A stretch of 64,000 nt of DNA, from positions 4 to 64,003 of the forward strand of contig MWDG01000010.1 in the NCBI GenBank assembly GCA_002070455.1, given 5' to 3'. Position numbers and translations under genes: made by a program. The notes beneath the pieces were generated by a model. That model saw only the letters and a program-made list of their open reading frames with translations. It was not told the DNA's origin and did not search any database. The stretch's first letter is position 1, and every line of letters begins with the position of its first letter. The DNA comes from Deltaproteobacteria bacterium ADurb.Bin151 (lineage in GTDB: Bacteria; Desulfobacterota; Syntrophia; Syntrophales; Smithellaceae). Below, piece after piece: positions 18,821 to 28,297 of the stretch.

Positions 18821-18994
18821 ATGGACAAACTTAATCTGTCAGAAAAAGAAGAAGGCGAGCTCTTGACGATTCTGGAGAGGTATATGCCTGATCTTAAGCA
18901 TGAAATTGCCAATACGGACCGCAAGGAATTCCGCAAAGAGCTGCAGGAACGTGAAGTGTTTATGGCAGAACTCATCAGCCGCCTGAAACACTGA
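18821..18994 (+). CDS. Small hypothetical protein (57 aa, helical/charged), absent from the ORF track
   Basis: The ATG follows GAAAGGAGA with a 6-nt spacer. Translation: MDKLNLSEKEEGELLTILERYMPDLKHEIANTDRKEFRKELQEREVFMAELISRLKH. A terminator lies about 230 nt downstream. Confidence 0.5.
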   Translation: MDKLNLSEKEEGELLTILERYMPDLKHEIANTDRKEFRKELQEREVFMAELISRLKH

Positions 18995-19221
18995 TCAGTC
19001 TTTTAAAGGGCGTTATCAGATTCAGCAAAGGTTCAAGAAAACAGCACCAAAGCTATTTTCTTGTGAGTGTGGTTTTGTGCTCATATTTCCACATTCAGAA
19101 TAACACCATCAATATTTTGCATAATTTATCCCTCAAAAAAAATCACCATAAACCTTGCAACAAACCGGCATATTTGCCGCCATAATTTCGCTCAACAAAC
19201 GCATGGGGAGAGAGAAAAGAT

Positions 19222-19262
19222 AAAAAAATGGGAAGAATTTTCAGGTTCTCCCCATTTTTTTT
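19222..19262. terminator. Bidirectional rho-independent terminator between convergent genes
   Basis: A7, then TGGGAAGAA-ttttcagg-TTCTCCCCA (one mismatch), then T8. It works on both strands, for the 57-aa ORF (+) and the acyl-CoA dehydrogenase (-). Confidence 0.6.
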
Positions 19263-19309
19263 AAAACAGCTTTCAGATGCTCAAGTTCGGCATCCGAATA
19301 CCCTTGGGT

Positions 19310-21025
19310 TTATTCATTCATCGCGTATTCGCCATTTAAGACGGCAACAAACTTTTCCCAGACCTTATTGTACTGCTCGGGATTAGGAACTGCCTTAATG
19401 AGCATAATCTTCGTGCAGTAGACGCGTTGCTCGTCCCTGGTCGTATGGTTTCCGTATATCTGCAGGGCAAAGTGAGCAAAGTCCCGCACCATGAAATCGA
19501 AAATCTGGTTGAGGATATCCGGATCAAGTCCGTCAAACTTGGCCTGCTCAAGGATGAGCTGGCCGTAAACCACGATGGAGAACATCTCACCTACCGGCAG
19601 CGAAAAGGTGGGATCCATCTCCTGTATATTGTCCGGTCCAGCCTTCTCCAGCATCTCCTTGAAGATTTCGATCTGCTGAATAAAGGCGGCCACATTCGGC
19701 AGCCCTTTGTTGGCCTCGAAAACAGGCTTGTAGTCGTGGAACTGAACTTTACCCAATCCCTTGGTTGGACCCTGATTAAACAGGAACAAGTCATCCTTGA
19801 GCGCGAAGTCCGGCGCCGTAGGAACATACTCCGCCGGGCTAAAGAAATAGTTCTTGATGAACTTGCGAATAAGCTGCACGTTCACGTGTACCGTACCCTC
19901 AAGCTTGGACGGTCCGCGCACATCGGCAGCCGCCATGTGAAAAATGGTGTCCTTCTCGAAACCCTTGGCAGCAATCACTTCCCATAGCAGATTGACCACA
20001 TCTTCAGACTGCAGGGTTACCTTCATCTTGCTTGTTGGGTTATACAGCAGGTAGCGGCGGTCATTTTCACTCGCACCCCGGAAGTAGTCCGTCGCGCGTC
20101 GTTGATACATTTTCATTCCCAGCAGCCTGAGCCAGGCATCCATGAAGTTTTTGCGCACATGAGGCATGTCCGTCACTTTCATGCCATAGAGGATGCGGTT
20201 GGATGCATGCGTAATGGCCTCGTAGAAGCAGTGCTCTGCGATACCTATGGATGCCGGTCCGATGTTGAACTTGCCGACATTTACGGTGTTCAGAGCGGAA
20301 TCCCACGCATGGGGCCCGCGGGAGAGAATATCATCTTCGGTGATCGGGTAATCATGCAGGGCAAAATTGGATACATACTCCTGGTGGGAAATGACGTTTT
20401 TCTTTAGCTCATATGCCTTGTTGAGGTAGTTGGTAACAAAGAAAGTATAGTCGTCCGTTCCGTCCTTGATCTTGCCAAGCGTGGAAACCATCTCGGCTTC
20501 GTTGCCATTGCCGATGTAGTATTTTTCTCCGTTGGCTACCCAGGTGCCGTCACCCTTGGGTGTCAGGCTGGTCTCCGTAGAGTAAATATCAGCACCATGA
20601 GTTCTTTCGGACAGACCAAAAGCAAAGATCGCTCCTTTTTTAAGCAAATCAGCAGCCTTTTTCTTGGCCTTCTCATTGGGGCTCATCCATATGGGTCCCA
20701 GTCCCAGAATGGTCACCTGGAAACAATACCAGTAACCCAGGCCGTAGAAAGCCAGCAGTTCGCTATATTCACTGTTGCGAGCCGTGTCCCAACGGCAATC
20801 CGGATCACCACCCCCATATTGGCTGGGAGTAAGAAGCTTCGCAAAGATCTGTTCTTTACCAATGAAATCGACAAACTCACGGTACCAGACCTTCTTGTTA
20901 TAGTCGTCGAGAAGTCTCGTTTTGCCCATCTTCTCAAAAAAGGCAATGGTCTTGTTCATGATGGCTTTTGAGCCTTCGTCGGCCATGAGACTCTGATACT
21001 TTTTCGGCTGCAATAAATAATTCAT
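19310..21025 (-). CDS. Acyl-CoA dehydrogenase family protein (long form)
   Basis: 571 aa with ACAD-like motifs GLSERTHGADIYSTET and GEKYYIGNGN. Strong SD (AAAGGAG). Confidence 0.85.
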   Translation of the reverse strand: MNYLLQPKKYQSLMADEGSKAIMNKTIAFFEKMGKTRLLDDYNKKVWYREFVDFIGKEQIFAKLLTPSQYGGGDPDCRWDTARNSEYSELLAFYGLGYWYCFQVTILGLGPIWMSPNEKAKKKAADLLKKGAIFAFGLSERTHGADIYSTETSLTPKGDGTWVANGEKYYIGNGNEAEMVSTLGKIKDGTDDYTFFVTNYLNKAYELKKNVISHQEYVSNFALHDYPITEDDILSRGPHAWDSALNTVNVGKFNIGPASIGIAEHCFYEAITHASNRILYGMKVTDMPHVRKNFMDAWLRLLGMKMYQRRATDYFRGASENDRRYLLYNPTSKMKVTLQSEDVVNLLWEVIAAKGFEKDTIFHMAAADVRGPSKLEGTVHVNVQLIRKFIKNYFFSPAEYVPTAPDFALKDDLFLFNQGPTKGLGKVQFHDYKPVFEANKGLPNVAAFIQQIEIFKEMLEKAGPDNIQEMDPTFSLPVGEMFSIVVYGQLILEQAKFDGLDPDILNQIFDFMVRDFAHFALQIYGNHTTRDEQRVYCTKIMLIKAVPNPEQYNKVWEKFVAVLNGEYAMNE

Positions 21026-21055
21026 TTCTGACTCCTTTCAGATTAACACGATTAT

Positions 21056-21085
21056 TTTATATTGCCTCTGGAACGATATCTTCAA
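21056..21085 (-). promoter_or_regulatory. Candidate sigma70 promoter for the acyl-CoA dehydrogenase gene
   Basis: On the - strand: TTGAAG, 18-nt spacer, TATAAA. It lies about 30 nt upstream of the ATG. Confidence 0.35.
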
Positions 21086-21142
21086 AAATATGGAAAAACC
21101 TTTATCTTTTTTTAAAAAAAGTCGCCACCATTTTTTAGTAAA

Positions 21143-22585
21143 TCACTTTTCATGAAGGAAAAATTCCGCAGCCTGAATTCCAAAGCGCGTTGGCTCAACA
21201 CCACGGACAATTTTCAAGGGAAGGGAACCCTCCTTCGTGACCTGGTCCGCCAGATAAACCATGTCCCCCCGGATCAGGTTGCCTTTGCCGTCATCCACAA
21301 GAAGCAGAACCAGCGGTAAGTCATTCCGGGACTCTTCAGGATAGTCCATCACCAGGGCAAAGTGACCATCGTTTAACTCCACCATGGAACCGACAGGATA
21401 GATCCCCATCATTTTAATAAAGTTCTTCAATAAAATCGGATCAAATTTCTGCTCTCTTTCACTCCACATTTTTCTCAAGGCTTCATCCGGCGCGAAAGCT
21501 CTGGCACGATAAGCCCTCTGTGCGGTCAGAGCTTCGTATACATCGGCAATACGAAGAATTTTCCCGATAAGACTCAGCTTGTCCATGAAAATCGTCCTGG
21601 GATAACCACTCATATCAGGATTCAGATGATGCTCAAAAGGGCCAAGAATAATCCTCGATCGCAATTTATGAGGCGCATTCAACCTGAGAATTTTCCGGAC
21701 ACCGATCAGGGGATGCGCCTTCATTTCATCCCACTCCCCGACACTGAGTTCACCCTGCTTATGAAGAACATCCTTCGAAACACCCACTTTCCCTAAATCG
21801 TGTAAAAGCCCGCAGACGGAAAGATACTCAAGCGAGATATCGGACATATTGATCTGCCTGCCAAGGCATGTCGCCAGCAGGGCAACATTGACCGAATGCG
21901 TGTACGTGTAGTCATCGTAGTCTTTTATGGATGCCAGCCCGAGCATTAAAGAATTGTCTTCCCTTACCAGATCGACGATGTTTTGAGCCAGGCGCCTTGT
22001 CTTTCGAACCCCCACAATTCCCTTGCATGCTTTTTGCGCTACTTCCCGTACGGTATCTACCGCATGAATATAAGTGCTCCGGGCTTTCTCATAGCGCTCC
22101 TCTTCGAGGCTCGCTGCCTTATCCGCCAATTCTTCATCCTGTTTGCGGACCACCTGAAACCATGAAAATCCATGCTCCAGCATTTTCTCTTCAAGCCAGG
22201 CGGGCGGATCATCAGACATTACTGAATCATTCAGCAAACGTATCATTGCTACAAAGTCTTCGATCGACACATTTCTGGACGCATTAAAAAATATGATCTG
22301 TCCGATGTTTCTTTGAGTAAAATAGGCCACCATGCCATTGACGATACTAGCCAGGTCTCTCCGATATTGAAGCCTTTCGCCGCGGATATGAAATCTTCCC
22401 CGCCATAAATGGACGCTGATATCATCGCCTCCGGTCAGAGCCTCGATCGCTCCCTTTAGTTCCCCGACTCCCTTTCTGATCAGCTGATTATTGTCCCGGT
22501 AGATTCGAGCGGTATTAATCAGGCGATACAGGGACTTCATAAATTCCTGGCCGGCGTGCGCCAATGAGGATTGAGAAACAGACAT
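21143..22585 (-). CDS. HD-GYP domain protein (putative c-di-GMP phosphodiesterase) with an uncharacterised N-terminal module
   Basis: 480 aa with HD motif LLHDLGKVGV and the GYP motif in HHLNPDMSGYPR. The ATG is 2 nt after the upstream gene's stop, and its SD (AAGGAGG) lies inside that gene. Confidence 0.9.
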   Translation of the reverse strand: MSVSQSSLAHAGQEFMKSLYRLINTARIYRDNNQLIRKGVGELKGAIEALTGGDDISVHLWRGRFHIRGERLQYRRDLASIVNGMVAYFTQRNIGQIIFFNASRNVSIEDFVAMIRLLNDSVMSDDPPAWLEEKMLEHGFSWFQVVRKQDEELADKAASLEEERYEKARSTYIHAVDTVREVAQKACKGIVGVRKTRRLAQNIVDLVREDNSLMLGLASIKDYDDYTYTHSVNVALLATCLGRQINMSDISLEYLSVCGLLHDLGKVGVSKDVLHKQGELSVGEWDEMKAHPLIGVRKILRLNAPHKLRSRIILGPFEHHLNPDMSGYPRTIFMDKLSLIGKILRIADVYEALTAQRAYRARAFAPDEALRKMWSEREQKFDPILLKNFIKMMGIYPVGSMVELNDGHFALVMDYPEESRNDLPLVLLLVDDGKGNLIRGDMVYLADQVTKEGSLPLKIVRGVEPTRFGIQAAEFFLHEK

Positions 22586-22587
22586 GG

Positions 22588-24282
22588 TTACCGGCCTCCT
22601 TTATTTTTCTGACTTTCCCTGCTGATATCTTTGAAAACGCTTCGCAGGCTGGGGTGCATTGAACGACGCGCCTTATCCAGGAGCTGTTCAGATTCAGGGA
22701 TCGCTAAAGTCTCCAGCGCAACGACTGCACCTCTCCGATATAGTGCTCTCCAGAATCCCGGCATCCATTTCCTCTGCAGTAGTGTCTCACGAAGATAAGG
22801 GATAGCATGTAAAGAACCGCAGCGTCCCAGTGTTTTGAAACAAACCATCACATGATCTGCCTGCTCTTTTTGAAAAGTTTTGTTTTTGAGATATGTCAGG
22901 AACAGGTCTTCTATTGCCCTGTCACGTTTTTTCCCCAGTTGCCTCATCACAAGACGGCGGACGACCTCATCGGGATCATCAATCCACTCAAAAACCTCAC
23001 CAACCGGGACAAGGCCACGATCCATGATCGCCCGGATTGCTTTTTCACGAATAAGTGACGAATCCCTGCGTAATAGTTTCATCAGACAGCGCAGGGATTT
23101 TTTCTTCTCCAGCCGAACAATGATGGGAATCAGATTTTCCACAAGTTTTTCGTCTGAATGATCCAGCAAATCTTCCAACGGTTGCATATTCTTACCGGCG
23201 AGAGAGATGATCGCATCGGACAGAATCTGTCTTTGTTTTTGAGATGCGCCGTCAGCAAGCAGAAAGGCCAGTGTACGAATGGCTTGCGGATCAAGATATT
23301 TGAAAATTTGTTCAAGAATGTCCGTTTGTTCCGCGTTGATATGGTTCCATGTCTGCGCAATAGGTGAAAGGGAATCGACATCGGATGCTTTCTGAAAGAA
23401 GTTATCAGCAATGGGGACCGCCCACGACATTTCTTTTCTGTATTGTTCGACAATTTTACGCAGTCCCCAGACAATTTTAAGAGATATATCAAATTCTTCC
23501 CGGGCAAGGGTTCCGGTGAATTCTTCGGATAAAACCTCCAGAATGGTTCGGAAACTTTCTTCATCACGATACAGCAGAAGGATGTCAAGCAGGGCATTCA
23601 CATACGATGAAAAATCGGCTTCTTCCTCAAAGCGGATCATTTCCTGGAGCTGTTCCTGTTCCTGCTTGCTTAGAACCAGCTGAAGCGGATCAATTTCCGA
23701 TTGCCGGATATAATGTGTCTCTCCCAGATTCTCTTCTCTCGGTTCCGTCGAATCAGGCTCTGCTTTGAAAGAGGAGATACTGTCTTTCACCTCCCCGTCT
23801 ATATTAACAAAAAAATCCGCAACATCGTATTGAATGTGCGAGAATTGCGCTTCCCAGATATTGGTCACGATATCGCCTTCCGGTTCAGCTGACAATATCA
23901 TGTGCTGATTAACAATCGTCAAAAAACTTCTAATTTCTTCCAGATTAATTCCCTGGGTGAATTCGATCCATCTGATTCCATCACGGAAGAGTGTAAAGGG
24001 CAGTGTACCTTCTTCATGGGATCCTGAAGAAATCTCTTCATCCAATGAAACAATCCGGTTTCTTTCAATCTCAAGTCTTAAATATCCGTATTTCTCAAGA
24101 TAAGCTTGAAGTGTCTCGTGAAACTGTTTTATTGATTTAACCGGAATGCTGTGACCTGATGGATAAAGGGAAAGATTCTTGCTTGCCAGAAGCATTCCCG
24201 TATATACTTTTCTGGTTTCTTTCAAAACGTCTTCCCGGAAAAATTTCCCTGGTTCCAAAAATATTTTATCCTGAGCACTCAT
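22588..24282 (-). CDS. HEAT-repeat protein with an uncharacterised N-terminal module
   Basis: 564 aa. The C-terminal third has HEAT-like repeats (LIPIIVRL...SLIREKAIRAI...DEVVRRLVMRQLG...AIPYL). Translationally coupled to the HD-GYP gene. Confidence 0.75.
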   Translation of the reverse strand: MSAQDKIFLEPGKFFREDVLKETRKVYTGMLLASKNLSLYPSGHSIPVKSIKQFHETLQAYLEKYGYLRLEIERNRIVSLDEEISSGSHEEGTLPFTLFRDGIRWIEFTQGINLEEIRSFLTIVNQHMILSAEPEGDIVTNIWEAQFSHIQYDVADFFVNIDGEVKDSISSFKAEPDSTEPREENLGETHYIRQSEIDPLQLVLSKQEQEQLQEMIRFEEEADFSSYVNALLDILLLYRDEESFRTILEVLSEEFTGTLAREEFDISLKIVWGLRKIVEQYRKEMSWAVPIADNFFQKASDVDSLSPIAQTWNHINAEQTDILEQIFKYLDPQAIRTLAFLLADGASQKQRQILSDAIISLAGKNMQPLEDLLDHSDEKLVENLIPIIVRLEKKKSLRCLMKLLRRDSSLIREKAIRAIMDRGLVPVGEVFEWIDDPDEVVRRLVMRQLGKKRDRAIEDLFLTYLKNKTFQKEQADHVMVCFKTLGRCGSLHAIPYLRETLLQRKWMPGFWRALYRRGAVVALETLAIPESEQLLDKARRSMHPSLRSVFKDISRESQKNKGGR

Positions 24283-24352
24283 AAACCGGCCATCAAATAA
24301 AAAAATTGCTAAATTCTGTTTTATCTCGGCATAATTGCCGGGTACAATTTAA

Positions 24353-24380
24353 ATTATAAAGAGGAAAGTAAGGAAGTCAA
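24353..24380 (-). promoter_or_regulatory. Near-consensus sigma70 promoter for the HEAT/HD-GYP operon
   Basis: On the - strand: A-rich tract, TTGACT, 16-nt spacer, TATAAT. It lies about 70 nt upstream of the ATG at 24282. Confidence 0.5.
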
Positions 24381-24718
24381 TTTTTTACACGCAAAAAAAT
24401 CATACGGTCATTTACATTTCGTTGTATTGAGTCCGGCATGCGATTGACTCCTATCCCAACATCGTCAATCGTTAAGAATATGGTAGCCAAATTCTGAATT
24501 ACGCCATACAACGTTTTTAAAATAACACAGTTTTATTTTTACGTCCATATTGCCTTTTTTAAGTATTTCCTGACATTCTTATGAAGCACTATACAGGTTC
24601 TTCATATCTGCCGGCAACGAATATCATGCATTATCAATATATTTATTTTATCTTATTGATATTATTTAATATTTTAACGCAAGATCAATGATCTGCATAA
24701 TGATCATTGCCTGTATGC

Positions 24719-25561
24719 CTACTTTTCTTTTTTATCTTGTCTTTTTTCAAGTAACAAACTCTGCCAGGTATGTCGTTCCAGGAAAGAACCGCGCACATTT
24801 TGTTCCATCTCTTCGAATAAATGAAAAGGCACCGCAAAAGTCATAAAGTTCGGATCTCCCAGCTGTTTGAGGACGTATAATCGTGCGGATAAATCCGTCA
24901 TGCCGACAACAGCGCGGGGTTTAGCGGACTTCTCTTCCCGGTAGGGATAGATACCGATGGTCTGACAGCCCGCCGCGTAGGGCATGATCACATTTTCATT
25001 GTCACCGCGTGCATAATTGGCCAGCACGGTCAGCGCGGACAACTGATCGGGGTTGACAAAGAAAATGACGGTCTGCGGTTTATCACGTGTCAAATCCACC
25101 TCCGCAAGCGGGTTGAAGACAACATACTGTGCCGGAATGTCTGTCATCGGCAAAATATCAATAAACTTTCGGACTCCTTCGGGATTTTTGATGTATCGTT
25201 CTCCTTGTAAAAAATTCTCATGGCTTTCTTTCGTCATAAAAGGTTTAATTTTTTCGGCAAGCTCTTCACCTCCGGGGCGCTTGGCATTTCCCGATGAAAG
25301 AAAATGACAGAATCCCTCTTCGCCGCCGGGGAAGTTTTTATACTGATTGCCAAACCCCAGCCCGACACCACCCCCGAAGCAGCCATAGGTTTTTCGGTCG
25401 GCCACAGCGGACTTTCCTTTGGCGGCATGGACAAGCAGCCACATCACACAGCCCCATCTGCCTTCAGAAAACTGCATGGCTCCTTCAGGTTTTTCATCGG
25501 CCCACAGAAGGGCAACCGGCTGGTATTGCAAATGAATGGCCCTGGCAATTTGACTTTCCAT
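24719..25561 (-). CDS. DUF169 family protein
   Basis: 280 aa from the ATG 7 nt after GGGAGGA. The N-terminus (LQYQPVALLWADEKPEGA) and Cys/Gly-rich core (YGCFGGGVGLGFG) resemble DUF169/COG2043 as I recall it. Confidence 0.7.
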   Translation of the reverse strand: MESQIARAIHLQYQPVALLWADEKPEGAMQFSEGRWGCVMWLLVHAAKGKSAVADRKTYGCFGGGVGLGFGNQYKNFPGGEEGFCHFLSSGNAKRPGGEELAEKIKPFMTKESHENFLQGERYIKNPEGVRKFIDILPMTDIPAQYVVFNPLAEVDLTRDKPQTVIFFVNPDQLSALTVLANYARGDNENVIMPYAAGCQTIGIYPYREEKSAKPRAVVGMTDLSARLYVLKQLGDPNFMTFAVPFHLFEEMEQNVRGSFLERHTWQSLLLEKRQDKKEK

Positions 25562-25687
25562 TTTCAAATCCTCCCGATCATTTTTGAATTATACTTTTTG
25601 ATTCTGAAAAAATAAAGAGGCTTTTGCGCGGAAATATGACCGATCTACACGGGCTGTTGCTTATGCAGGGATGAAAATCTTGTCAAG

Positions 25688-27433
25688 CTAACCTTTTGTC
25701 ACCGGGAAAAATAGTAAGACTTTGGTTCCCTTGCCCATCTGGCTTTCGATTTCCATCCTGCCGCCGTGAGCTATCATCAGGTGCTTGACGATGGAAAGAC
25801 CTAAACCCGTACCGCCCAGTTCACGGGATCGGGTCTTGTCTACACGGTAAAAGCGTTCACCCAGGCGTTGAATTTCTTCCCGGGGAATGCCGATGCCTGT
25901 GTCGCTAATGGTTAACTCAACGTTTTCTGCTTTTTCTTCGGCGTCAATCGTGATGAGACCACCATCCGGTGTGAACTTGACGGCATTATCCAACACATTG
26001 ACCAGCACCTGAATCAACCGGTCGCGATCCGCCTTGATCTGCGGAAGATTTTGCGGCAGCCGGTTTTGAATCTTGATCTTTTTCGCCGCCGCCGTGGCAT
26101 CCAGGAGAGAAATCACGTTTTCTGTCACTTCCGGAAGTACAATCTCTTCAAAATGAAGAAGAACTTCGCCCAGTTCGATCCTGGAGATGGTCATTAAATC
26201 TTCAACCAGGCGATTGAGCCGCCGGGCCTGCTTCAGCATAATATCGATAAACCGTTTGGCATCTTCTGGGTTCTCCAGCGCCCCCGCCTGCAGCGTCTCC
26301 AGATAACCGATAACGGCCGTGAGCGGTGTGCGGATTTCATGCGTAACATTGGCAACAAAATCCGTGCGGATGCGTTCGAGTTTTTTCAGGCGCGTCACAT
26401 CATGAAACACAATCATGGTCTTCTCTTCATCAGGAAGTCCCTGAACTTCAGAAAGGCTTACCCTCATAATGACAGGATCGGCACCGCCAAGAGCAATTTC
26501 TCTTGATAAGCCGCTCTTTGTACTCTTGAAGCCCTGATAGGCTTTTTGCAATTCAACATTGCGAAAAGCTTCCAGAAGTGTTTTTCCAATAAAGTCAACG
26601 TATTGTCCTGAAAGAATACCTGCCAGCGAGGGGCTGAGAAATTCTATTCGTTCTTCCCGATTCAGAATCAGAACTCCTTCATTGATGCTGGTAAGAGCGG
26701 TCATCAATTTACCCTTCTCTTCATTAGCAAGCCGGATCTTATCCTGAAGCTCCTCGACCAGATAGTTGATATTATCCGCAAGCGTTCGGGTTTCGTCACT
26801 CGTCTGCATTCTCAGCGCCCCAACAGGAAGGCCCTGCCGCAGTCTTTGAGTAAATTCCTCCATCATTCGAATCGGTGCGGATAAACGCCACGCAAAAAAC
26901 AGGGCAACCAGTAAGGACAACATCGCGCCGATCATCATCGCCAGGAAAATGGATTGGTAAACCTGTTCGACGGCGTTTTGAACATCATGGAGCGGACGGG
27001 CCAGACGGACATAACCGTTCACTTTTTTTCCGTCTTGAATGACCACAGCCACATAAAGCATATCAACACCCAGCGTACTGCTGTATCGAACAGATTTGCC
27101 TTTCCCCCGCAGCCTGGCCTCCTGAATTTCCGGTCGATACAGATGGTTCTCCAACCCGGTGATCTCCTTTTCCGAATCTGCAAAAACAATTCCTTTTGCA
27201 TCTACAAGCGTCACGCGGGACCTAGAAATCTGGCTGATCCGCGGAAGGTTGCCGGACATCGCCAGCGGAGTGTTCAGATCCACCAGCTCGGCATAGTGCA
27301 TCAGTTCCTGTTCAATTCGGGACGTGACAATATTATTTACCTTATCTTTGACCAGCGAGTGCAGGATAAGGAAAGACAGACTGATAATCACCAGATAGGA
27401 AAAGAATATTTTAAGGAATAGATTACGCTTCAC
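25688..27433 (-). CDS. phoR: Phosphate regulon sensor histidine kinase PhoR-like
   Basis: 581 aa with two TM helices, a HAMP/PAS region, H-box FVANVTHEIRTPLTAV, N-box NVLDNAVKFT and G-boxes DTGIGIP and GGTGLGLSIVK. GTG lies 5 nt after AAGGAG. Directly follows phoU. Confidence 0.85.
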   Translation of the reverse strand: MKRNLFLKIFFSYLVIISLSFLILHSLVKDKVNNIVTSRIEQELMHYAELVDLNTPLAMSGNLPRISQISRSRVTLVDAKGIVFADSEKEITGLENHLYRPEIQEARLRGKGKSVRYSSTLGVDMLYVAVVIQDGKKVNGYVRLARPLHDVQNAVEQVYQSIFLAMMIGAMLSLLVALFFAWRLSAPIRMMEEFTQRLRQGLPVGALRMQTSDETRTLADNINYLVEELQDKIRLANEEKGKLMTALTSINEGVLILNREERIEFLSPSLAGILSGQYVDFIGKTLLEAFRNVELQKAYQGFKSTKSGLSREIALGGADPVIMRVSLSEVQGLPDEEKTMIVFHDVTRLKKLERIRTDFVANVTHEIRTPLTAVIGYLETLQAGALENPEDAKRFIDIMLKQARRLNRLVEDLMTISRIELGEVLLHFEEIVLPEVTENVISLLDATAAAKKIKIQNRLPQNLPQIKADRDRLIQVLVNVLDNAVKFTPDGGLITIDAEEKAENVELTISDTGIGIPREEIQRLGERFYRVDKTRSRELGGTGLGLSIVKHLMIAHGGRMEIESQMGKGTKVLLFFPVTKG

Positions 27434-27442
27434 ACGTTCTCC

Positions 27443-28129
27443 TTACTCCAGTATACCGCATGCACGATGGCGCACGCACTCTCCCGTCACCATGTAGGTG
27501 ACCATGTCGGCGATGCCCTTGGCATGATCGGCGATCCGCTCCATATTTTTGGAAACCTGCATGACCAGCAAGGCCCTGTGAATATTTCTGGAATCCTCCA
27601 TCATGAACGTCAGGAGTTCCCGGAATATCTGTTCATTGAGGTCATCAATGACCTGCTCCATCTGCCGGACTTTTTCCGCCTGCTTAAGATCGCTTTTCAC
27701 AAAACTGTCCAGTGAATCTTCAATCATGTCTCCAACCAGTTCAGCCATGCGCGGCAAATCAATGTAAGGCTTGAGCTGGGGCTCTTCATTGAGAAGCATG
27801 ACCTTTTCGGCAATGTTCACAGCCATATCGCCGATGCGCTCCAGATGTCCGGTAATTTTTATGGCGGTGGTAATAAAGCGCAAATCAATTGCAGTGGGCT
27901 GGCGCAACGCCAGGATCTTGATACAGCGTTCTTCCAGATCGGTGTCCAGACGATCAATCTCGTCGTCCTCCCGAACAACCTTACGGGCAAGTTCCGTATC
28001 ACGTTCTGACAGGGACTTCATTGCTTGGCGGATGGCAGTCTCGGTCAGAGCTCCGAGATAAATCAGGCCATCTTTGATCGCCTGCAGTTCTTTTTCATAG
28101 TGCAAACTGGTGTGTCGCTTTTCTTCCAT
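27443..28129 (-). CDS. phoU: Phosphate signalling complex protein PhoU
   Basis: Two PhoU repeats (ERIGDMAVNIAEKV and ERIADHAKGIADMV). ATG at 28129 lies 6 nt after GGAGGG; the track ORF has an upstream extension. Confidence 0.9.
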   Translation of the reverse strand: MEEKRHTSLHYEKELQAIKDGLIYLGALTETAIRQAMKSLSERDTELARKVVREDDEIDRLDTDLEERCIKILALRQPTAIDLRFITTAIKITGHLERIGDMAVNIAEKVMLLNEEPQLKPYIDLPRMAELVGDMIEDSLDSFVKSDLKQAEKVRQMEQVIDDLNEQIFRELLTFMMEDSRNIHRALLVMQVSKNMERIADHAKGIADMVTYMVTGECVRHRACGILE

Positions 28130-28297
28130 TATCAGCCCTCCAGCAAATAATCCTGTACCTTTAAACAAACGACTTTGCAAAAAGGTTTAGATGCAAGGCG
28201 CGCAAATTCCGAAGAATGAGGCGTATAGTTTCATACGTCGCAATGATGAGAAATGCCGCACAACAAAGCAGATGAGCCTTTTTCCAGAGTCGTTTCT

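Noticed and set aside
18766-18975. 69-aa - strand ORF listed in the track
   Set aside because: It is antisense to the better-supported 57-aa + strand ORF (strong SD). It is Ser/Leu/Cys/Arg-rich with no SD.
21107-21120. T7A7 perfect AT palindrome between the HD-GYP stop and the acyl-CoA dehydrogenase promoter
   Set aside because: It is an A/U-only stem with no loop, so it is not a credible hairpin or terminator. More likely it is just an AT-tract or curvature element.
24626-24691. 21-codon hydrophobic mini-ORF (MHYQYIYFILLILFNILTQDQ) in the AT-rich spacer
   Set aside because: It has no SD. AT-rich sequence readily yields Ile/Leu/Phe/Tyr-rich frames by chance.
28130-28297. 8-nt inverted repeat (AAACGACT / AGTCGTTT) bracketing the pstB-phoU spacer
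   Set aside because: It is short and about 115 nt apart, so it is within chance expectation. No supporting structure is visible.
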